64,000 nucleotides of DNA from Chiloscyllium plagiosum (Eukaryota), in the NCBI RefSeq assembly GCF_004010195.1, contig NC_057718.1, positions 72,204,071 to 72,268,070 on the forward strand. Reading direction: 5' to 3'. Below are positions 49,900 through 62,239 of this stretch, piece by piece; position 1 is the first letter of the stretch; every line of letters starts with the position of its first letter. The notes under the pieces were generated by a model. That model had not been told where the DNA came from. It was given only the letters and a program-made list of their open reading frames with translations, and searched no databases. The position numbers were made by a program, and so were the translations under genes.

Positions 49900-52800
49900 G
49901 AGTGCTAAAGGAAGGGGTCCCAAAAACATTTGATGCATCGGTGGTCACCTTCCAAAATTCAACACACCCTGGAGCAGTTCCTACAGATTGGAGGGTGCCA
50001 AATGTAATCCCACTATGTAAAAGGGAGGGAGAATAAAAACAGAAATGCAGACCAGTTTGTCTAACATCAGTAGTGGGGAGAATGTGTATCATGATGACAG
50101 AACATTTTGAAAACATTGGCGAAACTGAACAACAAAAATTAACAAATATACTGGGGTTTTGAGGCTGTAACCAGTGGAATAGATAAGGAAGAACCAGTAG
50201 GTATGGTGGATTTGGATTTCAAGAGGGCATTTGATAAGGTTACTCACAATTGGTTAGTGAGCAAAGTTAAAACATTGAGATGGGGTAATATATTGGTATG
50301 GATTGAGAATTGGTTAACAGACAGGAAACAGCGGGTCTAAATGGATCTTTTCCTGAATGGCAGGTAGTGACTACCGGGATACTGCATGGACTAGTGCTTG
50401 TGCCCCAGTTATAGAACATAGAACAATACAGGGCAAAACAGACCTTTCGGCCCTCGATGTTGCGCCGACCTGTGAACTATTCTCAGCTCGTCCCCCTTAC
50501 ACTATCCCAAAATCATCCGTGCGCTTATCTAAGGATTGTTTAAATCTTCCTAAGGTGCCTGAGTTGACTACATTAGCAGGTAGGGCATTCCATGCCCTTA
50601 CCACTCTCTGTGTAAAGAACTTGCCTCTGACATTATCTTAAATCTATCACCCCTCAATTTGTAGTTATGTCCTCTTGTACAAGCTGACGTCATCATCCTA
50701 GGAAAAGGTCTTTCTCTGTCTACCCTACCTAATCCTCTGATCATCTTGTATGTCTCTATCAAATCACCTCTCATCCTCCTTCTTTCCAATGAGAAAAGAC
50801 CCAAGTCTCTCAGCCTTTCCTCATAAGACCTTCCCTCCAGACCAGGCAACATCCTGATAAATCTCCTCTGCACCTTTTCCAATGCTTCCACGTCCTTCCT
50901 GTAATGGGTCGACCAGAACTGTACACAATATTCCAAGTGTGGCCGCAACAGCATTTTGTATAGTTGCAACATGATATTGCGGTTCCGGAATTCAATCCCT
51001 CTCCAAATGAAACCTAACACACCGTATGCCTTCTTAACATCACTATCCACCTGGGTGGCAACTTTCAAAGATCTATGCACATGGACTCCAAGATCCCTCT
51101 GCACATCCACACTACCAAGAATCTTTCTATTGACCAAGTACTCTGCCTTCCTGTTATTCTTCCCAAAGTGCATCACCTCACATTTAGCTGCATTCAACTC
51201 CATTTGCCACCTTCAGCCCAATTCTGCAGTTTATCCAAATCCCCCTGCAACCTGTAACATTCTTCCAAACTGTCTACTACTCCACCGACTTTAGTATCGT
51301 CTGTAAATTTACCAATCCATCCACCTATGCCTGCGTCTAAGTCATTTATAAAAATGACAAACAGCGGTGGTCCCAAAACAGATCCTTGTGGAACACCACT
51401 AGTAACCGGACTCCAGGCTGAATATTTTCCATCAACCACCACTCGCTGCCTTCTTCCAGAAAGCCAGTTTCTAATCCAAACTGCTAAGTCACCCTCAATT
51501 CCATGCCTCAGCAATTTCTCCAACAGCCTACCATGTGGAACCTTACCAAAGGCTTTACTGAAGTCCAGGTATATGTCAACTGCCCTGCCCTCATCTACAT
51601 GCTTAGTCACCTTCTCAAAAAACTCAGAGGTTTGTGAGACACGACTTCCCCGTGACGAAACCATGTTGACTATCTGAAATCAAATTGTTGCTCGCTAGCT
51701 GATTAAAAATCTTCTCTCTTATAATCCTTTCCAAAACCTTTCCTACAACAGAATAAGGCTCACTGGTCTATAATTACCTGGGTCATCCCTGCTGCCCTTC
51801 TTGAACAAGGGCACAACATTTGCAATCCTCCAGTCCTCAGGTACTAAACCCGCAGACAATGACGACTCAAATATCAAAGCCAAAGGCTCTGCTATCTTCT
51901 CCTTAGCTTCCCAGAGAATCCTCGGATAAAACTCATTCGGCCCAGGGGACTTGTCTATTTTCATTCCTTCTAGAATTGATAACACCTGTGCGTAACTAAC
52001 GTCAATCCTTTCTAGTCTAATATCTCGTACCTCATTCTTCTCCTCTACAATATTCTCCCTTTCCTGAGAGAACACCGATGAGAAATGTTCATTTAGCATC
52101 TCTCCGATCTCTACAGGGTCCACACTCAACTTCCCACTTCTGTCTTTGACTGGCCCTATTCCTACCCTAATCATCCTTTTATTCCTCACATACCAATAGA
52201 AAGCTTTAGGGTTCTCCTTTATTCTATTTGCTAAAGACTGCTCATGTCCTCTCTTTGCTCTTCTTAACTCTCTCTTTAAATCCTTCCTAGCTGATCTGTA
52301 ACTCTCCATCGCCTCATCAGCACATAAGCCTCTTTCTTCTTCTTAACAAGAGATGCAATTTCTGTCGTAAACCACGGTTCCCTTACCTTATCACTTCCTC
52401 CCTGCCTGACAGGGATATATCTATCAAGGACACGCAATATCTGTTCCTTAAACCAGCTCCACATTTCGATTGTCTGCATCCCTTGCATTTTGCTACCCCA
52501 TTCTATGCATCCTAATTCTTGCCTAATCGCATTATAATTACCCTTGCCCCATTGATAACGCTTGACCTGTGGCATGTACCGATCCCTTTCCATCGCTAAA
52601 CTAAAAGTAACTGAATTATGAGTTATTCGTGATTTTTTTTAATGTATAACCTGGATGAGGGAACCAAATGTAATATTACTAAAACAACACAAAACTGGGC
52701 AGGATTAAGAGCTCTGAAGAGGTTTCAAGCAGGTTTCATGGTGATTTAGGCAAGTTGAATGAATGGGCAAACACGTGGCAGATACGGTATGACATGGGTA

Positions 52801-53565
52801 AATGTGAACTTATATACCTTGATGTGAAAAACGAAAAGGAAGAGTATTATCTAAATGGTGATATTTTGATTAAATATGGTTGTACAAAGGAATGTGTTGA
52901 CCAGTCAATGAAAGTAGACAGGCAAGTGCAGCAAACAATTAGGAAACCAAATGGCATATTGGCCTTCATTTCAAGAGGATCAGAGCTCAAAAGGAGAGAT
53001 GTCTTACTGCAGGTATAAAGGGCTTTGACAAGACCATATCTGGAATATTACATACAGTTTTGATCTCCCTACTTAAGAAAGGATAAACTTACCAGAGAGG
53101 GAGTGCAGCAAAGGTTTGCTAGACTGTTACAAAGGATGACTATTCAATGGCTAGACTGGACCTGTATTTATTAGGGTTGAGAAGGATGAGTGGAGATCTA
53201 ATTGAAATGTATAACATTTGAACAGGGATGGTTGCAGAACAGGGGTAAATGCAGAATGTTTTCCCTGATTGGGGAAATCTAGAACCAAGAGTCACAGTCT
53301 CAGGAAACAGGGTATATCATTTAGGAGTGAGATGAGGAAAAGTTTATTCACTTAAAGGGTTGTGAACCCATGGAATTTTCTACCACAGAAGGTTTGGAGG
53401 CCAAGTCACTGTATACATTCAAGAAAGGGAAACTTTATTTTAACAGCACCAAGGGAATGGGGATAAAATGGGAATAGAGCATTACATAGAGGATCAGCCA
53501 TGATTAAACTGGCAGAGCTGGTTTGAAGGGTCAAATGGTCAATCTATGCTCCTAATTTCTATGAA
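49900..53565 (+). mobile_element. Old CR1 RT/3' fragment split by a younger CR1
   Basis: DWRVPNVIPL and DFKRAFDKV motifs before 50412, continuing as NEWANTWQ...KC after 52621. Confidence 0.75.
50413..52620 (-). mobile_element. 5'-truncated CR1, same subfamily as 17840-20280
   Basis: TSD agttat at 50407-50412 and 52621-52626. ORFs 50598-52593 share MMTSACTRGHNYKLRGDRFK and MQGMQTIEM with the other copy. Confidence 0.92.
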
Positions 53566-53989
53566 AGTGGAGATCACTTAAGGTGAGAGAAGAGGGAGCA
53601 TGACAAAACATTGGCAGGTATCATTACAGAACAACCTCGGTTATCCGAATTTTGGATTATCCAAAAAAGATCTCAAGGTCCCAGCACGGCTTCCTTTGTT
53701 TACGACCAGATTATTTATCTGAATAAAATACTCCCCACCCATTTAATTCAGATAATCCAGGTTGTTCTGTATATCATTTTACTTGTATATCTGGAGCAAC
53801 TGAGTAACGAGGGAAAGTAGAGCCCATTAAGGACTAAAGCATGTGGAGCTGGAAAACATAGCTGAGTTCTAAAGAAGAGCCTTACTGGATTCAGTGGTAA
53901 CTCAATGTCTTTATCCACAGATCCCATCAGACATTGAGTTTCTTTAGTATTCTGTGTTTGTTCCAGATTTCCAGCATCTATAGCATCGT

Positions 53990-54284
53990 GGGCGGCACAG
54001 TGGTTAGCACTGCTGCCTCACAGTGCCTGAGACCTGGGTTCAATTCCCGCCTCAGGCGACTGACTGTGTGGAGTTTGCACGTTCTCCCCGTGTCTGCGTG
54101 GGTTTGCTCTGGTTTCCTCCCACAGTCCAAAGATGTGCAGGTCAGATGAATTGGCCATGCTAAATTGCCCGTAGTGTTAGGTAAGGGGTAAATGTAGGGG
54201 TATGGGTGGGTTGCGCTTCGGTGGGTCGGTGTGGACTTGTTGGGCCGAAGGGCCTGTTTCCACACTGTAATGTAATCTAATCTA
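53990..54284 (+). mobile_element. HE1-type SINE
   Basis: Boxes A and B, V-domain, tail. Confidence 0.9.
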
Positions 54285-54530
54285 GATTTATAGTATTTTG
54301 GTTTTAGACATTGCTGAGTACTTATAGTACTTACTATAAACATTAAAGGAGCACTTCACATTGTCCTTTTCTATAGTGAATCCAATGTCAATATAAAAAA
54401 ATCAAAGAGGGTAACTGTGATATACATGAAATAATCAGCATGGGGGTGGGGGGTAAGGTATTAGTGGTTTCACATGCTTGAAAGTATATATACCACTAGC
54501 CCCACATTAGATGTATCACAAGCTGAGGGA

Positions 54531-54733
54531 TGAAAATGTGTTGCTGGAGAAGCGCAGCAGGTCAGGCAGCATCCAGGGAACAGGAGAATCGACGTTTCGG
54601 GCATAAGCCCTTCTTCAGGGCTTATGCCCGAAACGTCGATTCTCCTGTTCCCTGGATGCTGCCTGACCTGCTGCGCTTCTCCAGTAACACATTTTCAGCT
54701 CTGATCTCCAGCATCTGCAGACCTCACTTTCTC
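54531..54733. mobile_element. Penelope-derived near-perfect palindromic insertion with hammerhead core (54591-54618, minus strand)
   Basis: About 80-bp arms with 1 mismatch. TSD cacaagctgaggga at 54517-54530 and 54734-54747. Confidence 0.9.
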
Positions 54734-55539
54734 CACAAGCTGAGGGAGCCAAGGGAGGAGATTGTAAGGGATCTGATATTGATTTTCCAATCTTCTCTGG
54801 TCACGCGGATATCAACAGACTGGTGGTCTGATAATTCAAGGAAGGAAGGTAGGAATAAACCAGGAAACTACAGGCCAATGAATCTAATATCAATTGAAGG
54901 GAAACTGCTGGAAAAAATACTGAGGGACAGAATTAATCTCGACACAAGAATTAACTCATGACAGTCAGGGCGACTGTATCGAGGGAAATCATGCCCAACA
55001 AATTTGACTGACTTTTCTATGAAATGTACACATGGACAGTGCAGTTGTTGGAGTCTATCTAGACTTCAGAGAGAATCTTAACTGGCGTGCATTGCAAGAC
55101 CTAATTAAGAAGCTAAGGGCAATTTGCAAAATTAGATTCAAAATTAGCTTAATGGCAGGAAGCAAAGGGCAGCCTGTGACCAGTGGTGTACCACGTTTGG
55201 TGCTGAGTCCCTTGCTAATGCTATATATATATTAATGATCTAGAGATGAACTTCGAAAGTATGATCAATAAGTTTGCAGATTACATGAAGACTGGTAGTG
55301 TGGTAAAAGGCGAGGAGGAAAGCCTTAGGGTACAGGGCAAAATAGATGGGTTTATCTAGTCAGATGGGCTGAACGTGGCAAATGGAATTTCATCCTGAAA
55401 GTGAGAGGCGATTTGGAGGACCAACAAGGCAAGGGAGTAAGTACATGTTGAATGGTAGGGCCCCCGAGGAAGTGCAAAGGATTGGAGGAAAATTTGTGTG
55501 CCTGTCCATTGATCCTTGAAGGAAGCAGGGCAGTTGTAG

Positions 55540-56650
55540 AGTATTACAGCATGGAAACAGGCCCCTTAGTCCAAATTGTACATGCTGACTAAGTTTTTTA
55601 AACTGAACAAGTCCCATTTACTTGCATTTGGCCTTTATCTTTCTAAACCTTTCCTATCCATATATCTACTCACATTTTTTTAAATATTGCAATAGCACCT
55701 ACCTCTACCACTTCCTCCAGCAGCTTGTTCCATACGTGTGAAAAAGGTGCCCCTCAGGTCTGTTTTAAATCCTTCCCCTCTCACCTTAAACGTATGCCCT
55801 CCAGTTGTGGACTTCCATACCCTGCAGAAAACAGCTTGGCTATTCACCTTATCTAAAATTTTATAAACTTCAATAAGGCCACCGCTCAGTCTCCTAGGCT
55901 CCAGGGAAAAACGAATCCTCGTCCATACTGCTTCTCCTTATAACTCAAACTTTCTAGTCTTGGTAATATCCTTAAATCATTTTTCTCACCCTTTCCAGTT
56001 TAGATTTTTAGATTTTTTTTTAGATTAGATTAGATTACAGTGTGGAAACAGGCCCTTCGGCCCAACAAGTCCACACCGACCCGCCGAAGCGAAACCCACC
56101 CATACCCCTACATTTACCCCTTACCTAACACTACGGGCAATTTAGTATGGCCAATTCACCTAACCTGCACATCTTTGGACTGTGGGAGGAAACCGGAGCA
56201 CCCGGAGGAAACCCACGCAGACACGGGGAGAACGTGCAAACTCCACACAGTCGGTCGCCTGAGTCGGGAATTGAACCCGGATCTCTGGCGCTGCGAGGCA
56301 GCAGTGCTAACCACTGTGCCACCGTGCCGCCCACCAGTTTAGTAACATGATTCCCATAGCAGGGCGACCAGAATTCTATATAGTACTCCAAATGTAGCCT
56401 TAAATAGAGAAAACATGAAATTCTGATTCCGTACTCAATGCTCTGACAGATGAAGACAAGCATGCCACTTTCAAGGAACTATGTACTTGCACCCCTAGGT
56501 TTCTCTGTTCAATAACACTCCCCAGAGTCCTATAAGTCCTACTGTGGTTTGTCTTATCAAAATGCAACACCTCACATTTATCTGAATTAATAACCATTTG
56601 CCTACTGGTCCATTCGTTCAAGATTCCATTGCACTCTTAGATGGCTTCCT
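55540..56650 (-). mobile_element. Decayed CR1 3' half
   Basis: NSDKCEVLHF and HLEYYIEFWSP motifs plus the 3'UTR. Confidence 0.78.
56004..56333 (-). mobile_element. HE1-type SINE (young copy)
   Basis: TSD ccagtttag at 55995-56003 and 56334-56342. Very similar to the 11965 copy. Confidence 0.92.
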
Positions 56651-56689
56651 TCAATGTCCACTATACCACAGTGTGGACCTGCCGGTATT

Positions 56690-57565
56690 GAACCTGGGTG
56701 GAAAAGGTCAGATGTCATATGACACTGTTATAATCCAACAGGTTTATTTGAAATCACAAGCTTTCCAAGTGCTGCTCCTTTGTCAGATGAAGTGAAGAAC
56801 AGTTCACAGGCACAGCATTTATAATCAGGGAGATTGAAAGATCACACAAATGGTGTAAGCGAAGTGTCGACAGGCTGAATAGTAAGTCTCTGCCAGTGAT
56901 CAAGAGTGTCAGATGGTGCAAGTAAAGTGTCGACAGCTGAGTAGCAAGTGAAGAGATGACCTATTGTTTGCTTAACTTAAGGCAGAGAGATAATTACAAA
57001 AAATAAAAAAAAAATGAGGTGGTGCTGGAGCCAAACCAAACGATTGGAATAACATGGGTATAAGAGTCACATGCCAAAAGTCTAACCAAAGTAACAAGTA
57101 ATCCAAAACTATAAAAACTAATGTAGAGAGACCATAACAAGTTATCTAGGTGTTGGTATCAAAACAGATTGGTAAGGAAGACTTCACACACAGAATAGTA
57201 TGGTGGTGTCACCTGTCGTGTGACATGAACCCAAGATCACGATTGACACTGTCTCTGTGGGTACAGAGCTTGGCTATCACTTTATGCTCAGTGATTCTGC
57301 ATTGTTGTGCAACTTGAGTACTACCTTGGAGAATCCTTGTGAAGATTGGAGGCTGAACGTCCTTGACGCATGAATGTTCCCCGATTGGGAGGGAACATTC
57401 CTGTCTGGCTATTGTTGCGCAGTGTCCATTCATCTATTGTTGTAGCATCTGCATGGTCTCGCCAATATACCATGCCTTGGGGAATCCTTGCCTGCAGCAC
57501 ATGAGGTAGACAACCCTGGCTGAGTGACATGAGTATCTGCTGTGTATGTGGTGGGTGGTGTTTCA
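56690..57565 (-). mobile_element. Penelope-like element 3' part: GIY-YIG endonuclease, 3'UTR and degenerate hammerhead
   Basis: Minus strand reads RYSCHSARVVYLMCCRQGFPKAWYIGETMQMLQQ*MNGH...LPIGEH (VVY...YIG motif). Tail reads CUGACAA-AGGAGCAGCACUUG-GAAAGCUU-GUG at about 56755-56790. Confidence 0.85.
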
Positions 57566-57569
57566 ACAT

Positions 57570-58040
57570 ATAATGCGCCAGCACCTAACCTATCTACAGT
57601 CAGCCCTGCCTCAGCTGAGGGTCACACTCTCTCAGAATTGCAAAGGACCCACTCTGTACTACATCCTCAGGAGAATTCATACTCTCAACAAACAGTATTT
57701 CAAGTCCGTCTCAAACATCAAAAACTGGAAGTACAACAAACTTTTATCTACCCACCTCCATAACCAGCGCTCCTCAAACATTCCAGTAGATTCCCCCGGC
57801 CTCTGGAACAGCTCGGACGCCATTAGCCATGCGGCTGGTGCAGCTGCCACCCCCACGCTGACTGATGATGCCACTTCTGCCCCAATCATGGCCGCTCCCA
57901 CAGCCACTTCCGCCCCTCAAAATTCCTCATGCACCACACGTGACATCACTTCTGCCCCTCACATCATCGCTGATGTCACACGCTCAGTGACTTCCGCCCC
58001 CCACTGCCATGTTTGTCACCACTTCCGCCACCAACGCCAC
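57570..58040 (+). mobile_element. Probable N-terminal ORF piece of a Penelope-like element, inverted relative to the GIY-YIG part
   Basis: MRQHLTYLQSALPQLRVTLSQNCKGPTLYYILRRIH followed by Ala/Thr/Pro low-complexity repeats (acttccgcccc units). Assignment is from recollection only. Confidence 0.45.
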
Positions 58041-59763
58041 TCACGTACAGCACACCACAGGCCCTTTCGCCCTCTATGTTTTGAGGGCCTTCTATCCAAC
58101 TCTAAGGTCAGACTAACCTATATAGCCTTCATTGTACTAACTTCCATGTGCCTATCCAAGACCTTAAATGTACCTAATGCACCTGACTATACTACCACCG
58201 CTGGCAGTGCATTCCATGCAATCCATCGCTCTCTGGGTAAAGAACCTATTTCTGACATCTCCCCTAAACCTTCCTCCAATTATCTTAAAATTATGCCTCC
58301 AAATGATAGACATTTTCGCCATGGGAAAAAGTCTTTGGCTATTCATTCTGTGCAAGCCTCTCAATATCTTGTACACCTCTAACAAGTCACCTCTCTTCCT
58401 TCTTCACTCCAATGAGAAAAATCCTTGCTCCCTCAAACGTTCTTCATAAGCCATCTAGTCCAGGCAGCATCCTGGTAAATCTCCTCTGCACCCTCTCTCA
58501 AGCTTCCACATCTTTCCTATAATGAGGTGACCAGAACTGAACACAATATTCCAAGTGTGTGGTCTAACCAGGACTCTGAACAGCTGCAGCATAACCTCAC
58601 GGCTCTCAAACTCAATCCCCCTACTAATGAAAGCCAACACGCCACGTACCTTCTTAATATATACCTGATGACCCTGGGTGGCAATTTTGAGGGATCTATG
58701 GACGTGGACCCCAAAATCCCTCTGTTCTTCCACACTGCCAAGAAATCTGCTTTAAAACCTGTATTCTGCATTCAAATTTGACTTTCCAAAGTGAATGACT
58801 TCACATTTTTCCTAGTTGAACTCCATCTGCCACTTAGCAGCCCAGTTCTGCATGTCAATGTCTTGTTGCAACCTACAACAGCCCTCCACTCTATCCATAA
58901 CTTCACCAACCTTTGTGTCACTGACAAACTTACTAACCCACTCTTCCACTTCCTCAGCCAAGTCATTCGTAAAAATCACAAACAGCAGATGTCCCAGAAC
59001 CGATCCCTACGAAACACCACTCATCACCGAACTCCAGGCTGAATACTTTCCGTATGTCTTCTAAAGGGCCAGCCAATTCTGTATCCAGACAAACATTTTT
59101 CCCTGCATCCCATACCTACTTACTGTCTGAATGAGCCTATAATGGGAAACCTAATCAAACACCTTGCTAAAATCCATGTACATCACATCCATTGCTCTAC
59201 TATCATCAACCTGTTTTGTCACATCCTCAAAGAATTCAGTAAGATTTGAGAGGCATAACCTGCCCCTCTTAAAGCTATGCTGACTATCTCTAATAAAACT
59301 ATGGTTTTCCAAGTAATCATAAATCCTGTCTCTCAATATCCTCTCCAATACTTTGCACACCACAGCCCTAAGACTGACTGGTCTGTAATTTCCAGGATTA
59401 TTCCTATTCCCTTTCTTGAACAAGGGAATAACATTTGCCACCTTCAAAGCATCCGGCACTTTCCAATGGTCAGTGAGGACACAAAGATCATTGGCAAAGG
59501 TGCAGCAATCTCTTTCCTCGTTTCCTGTAATAACCTAGGGCACATCCCGTCTGGCCAAGCGGATTTATTTATCCTTATGTTTTTCATCATTTTCGGCACA
59601 TCCTCCTTCCTAACATCAAACTATGAGCATATCAGTCTATTTCACACTGTCCCTCTCAGTAGTAAATACAGAAGCAAAATATTCATTGAGGACTTCTCCT
59701 ACATTGTCCAACTACAGGCGTTAAGTTCCCTCCACTATCCCTGATCGGCCATACTCTCACTTC

Positions 59764-59896
59764 CTCATTCCTGAAGAAGGGCTTATGCCCTAAACGTCGA
59801 TTCTCCTGTTCCCTGGATGCTGCCTGACCTACTGCGCTTTTCCAGCAACACATTTTCAGCTCTGATCTCCAGCATCTGCAGACCTCACTTTCTCCT
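59764..59896 (+). mobile_element. Penelope-derived mini-insertion, hammerhead with GAAA>UAAA core mutation
   Basis: TSD catactctcacttc at 59750-59763 and 59897-59910. Confidence 0.85.
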
Positions 59897-61063
59897 CATA
59901 CTCTCACTTCGGCCATCCACTTGATCCTCACTTAAGTGTAGAACGACTTTGGGTTTTCCTTAATCCTAGCTGCTAAAACTTTTCCATGCCCCATTCTACC
60001 TCCAAGTTCATTGTTCAGTTCCTTCCTGGGTGCCTTGTAACCACCTAAAGCCCTATTTGATCCTTGCCTCTTGAACCTTAAGTAAGCTTCCTTCTTCCTT
60101 TTGACTAGATGTCCCACATCCTTTGTCACCCAAGGTTCTGTCAACCTATCTCTTCCTTACCTCAGTGGGACAAATCTTCCCAGCACTATCAGCAGGTGCT
60201 TTCTAACCAACCTCCACATTTCTGCTGTGCATTTCCCCGAGAACAACTGTTCCCAATCAAGGCACACAGTTCCTACCTAATAGCACTGTAATGTCCCTTC
60301 CCCCAATTAAGTACTTTCCCATACCATCCGCTCCTATTGCTCTCCATGAATACAGTAAAGGTCAAGGAGTTGTGATCACTATTACTGAAATGCTCTCCCA
60401 CCGAAAGATCTGACACCTGGCATGGTTCGTTGCCAAGCACCAAATACAATATGGCCTCCCCTCTAATCGGCCTATCTATCTATTGAATCAGGAACCTTTC
60501 CTAGACACAACTGACAAAAATTGCTCCATCCAAACTATTTGAACTAAGTACTAAAAAAAAGTAGGTTCCAATCAATGTTAGGAAAATTAAAGTCACCATG
60601 ACAACAACCCTAACTATTACTTCTACACATTTCCAAAATCAGCCTGCCAATCTGCTCCTCAATGTCTCTGTTGCTACTGGGGGCAGGCAGAAATCTCCCA
60701 CAAAAGTGATTGCTCCTTTCCTGTTTCTTCCACCCATACTGACACTGTAGACAAATCCTCTTTGACGTTCTCCCTTTCTGCAGCTGTGATACTATCCCTC
60801 CACCTCCTTTACCTCCTGCCGCCAATTCCTTTTGAAACATCTAACCCTGGAACATGCAACAACCATTCCTGCTCCTGTGATATCTAAGTCTCCGTAACGG
60901 CCGCAACATCATTGTTCCAACTATGCTCGAAGTTCATCAGCCTTACTCTTGATACTAGTTGCATGAAAATAGACACACTTCAATCTCACATTAACTACAA
61001 CTTTGCCCTATCAAGTGCTTATTGCTCCTCACAGACTCTCTGCACACTGTATCTGGCTGTTCA

Positions 61064-61360
61064 CTGGTGGTTAGCACTGCTGTCTCAGTGCCAGAGACCC
61101 GGATTCAATTCCCGCCTCAGGCAACTGTCTGTGTGGAGTTTGCACATTCTCCCTTGTGTCTGCGTGGATTTCCTCCGGGTGCTCTGGTTTCCTCCCACAG
61201 TCCAGAAATGTGCAAGTTAAGTGAATTGGCCATGCTAAATTGCCCGTAGTGTTAGGTGAAGTGGTAAATGTAGGGGAATGGGTCTGGGTGGGTTGCTCTT
61301 CAGAGGGTTGGTGTGGACTTTTTGGGCCGAAGGGCCTGTTTCCACACTGTAAGTAATGTA
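61064..61360 (+). mobile_element. HE1-type SINE
   Basis: V-domain and 3' end. Confidence 0.85.
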
Positions 61361-62239
61361 ACCTACTCCATCACCTGATCCATAGCTCAGGTTCCCACCC
61401 CCCCCTTGCCAATCTAGTTTAAATCCTCCTGAACAGCTCGAGCAAACCTCCCGCCCAGGATATTGGTGCTGCTCCAGTTCACGTACAACCGTCCTTCTTG
61501 TTCAGGTCCTACCTTCCCCAGAAGGCATCCCAATGATCCATATATCTGAACCCCTCTCTCCTGCAGCCATGTGTTCAGCTACACTCGCGCTCTCTACTCC
61601 TCGCCTCATTAGCCCGTGGCGCCAGTAGCAATCTTGAGATTACTACTCTGTTCATCCTGCTTTCCAGCTTCCAACCTAATTCCCGCTATTCTCTTTTCAG
61701 GTCTTCCTCCCTTTCCCTGCCTGTACCACAACTTCTGGCTGCTCTCCCTCATCCTGAAGAATCCTGTAGATGCAATCAATCAGAGACATCCCTGACCATG
61801 GCAGCCAGGAGGCAAATCACCATCTGGAGTCTCGCTTGCAACCACAGAACCTCCTGTCTGTTCCTCCCACAATTAAATCTCCAATCACTATTGATCTCCT
61901 GTTCTCCCTGCTTCCCTTCTGAGCCACAGAGCCAGGTTCAGTGCCAAAACATGGCCGCTGTGGCTTTCCCCTGATCGATACTAACCCCACCCCCACCAAC
62001 AATATTGACTTTAAAGCCATCTCTACAGTCCTAGTTATACAACTTACAAGGACAATGCTCCAGTCACTGATCTCAGAACATTTGGGCGAAGACTGCCACA
62101 AGGGTACAGTTCCCTTTCCTTAGTATTGGTCTCAAAGATTAAGTCTGTTTCCGAGTACATTACATTCAATGGAAATACAATACACTGAATACAAATACGT
62201 GGAGGCACTGAAGAAGTGAGACTTTTCCTGGTATCTCAG

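Larger units (their letters stand above)
58045..61990 (-). mobile_element. Long decayed CR1 (SGNH ORF1 remnant to 3'UTR) with SINE and Penelope insertions
   Basis: RT ORFs 58164-59459, APE pieces at about 60400-60900, ORF1 IVIGDLIVGGTDRRFCG at 61817-62101. Confidence 0.85.

Noticed and set aside
57546..58382. 278-aa ORF as a possible host gene
   Set aside because: Chimera of a probable PLE fragment and antisense CR1 3' sequence, with no splice or host-protein evidence.
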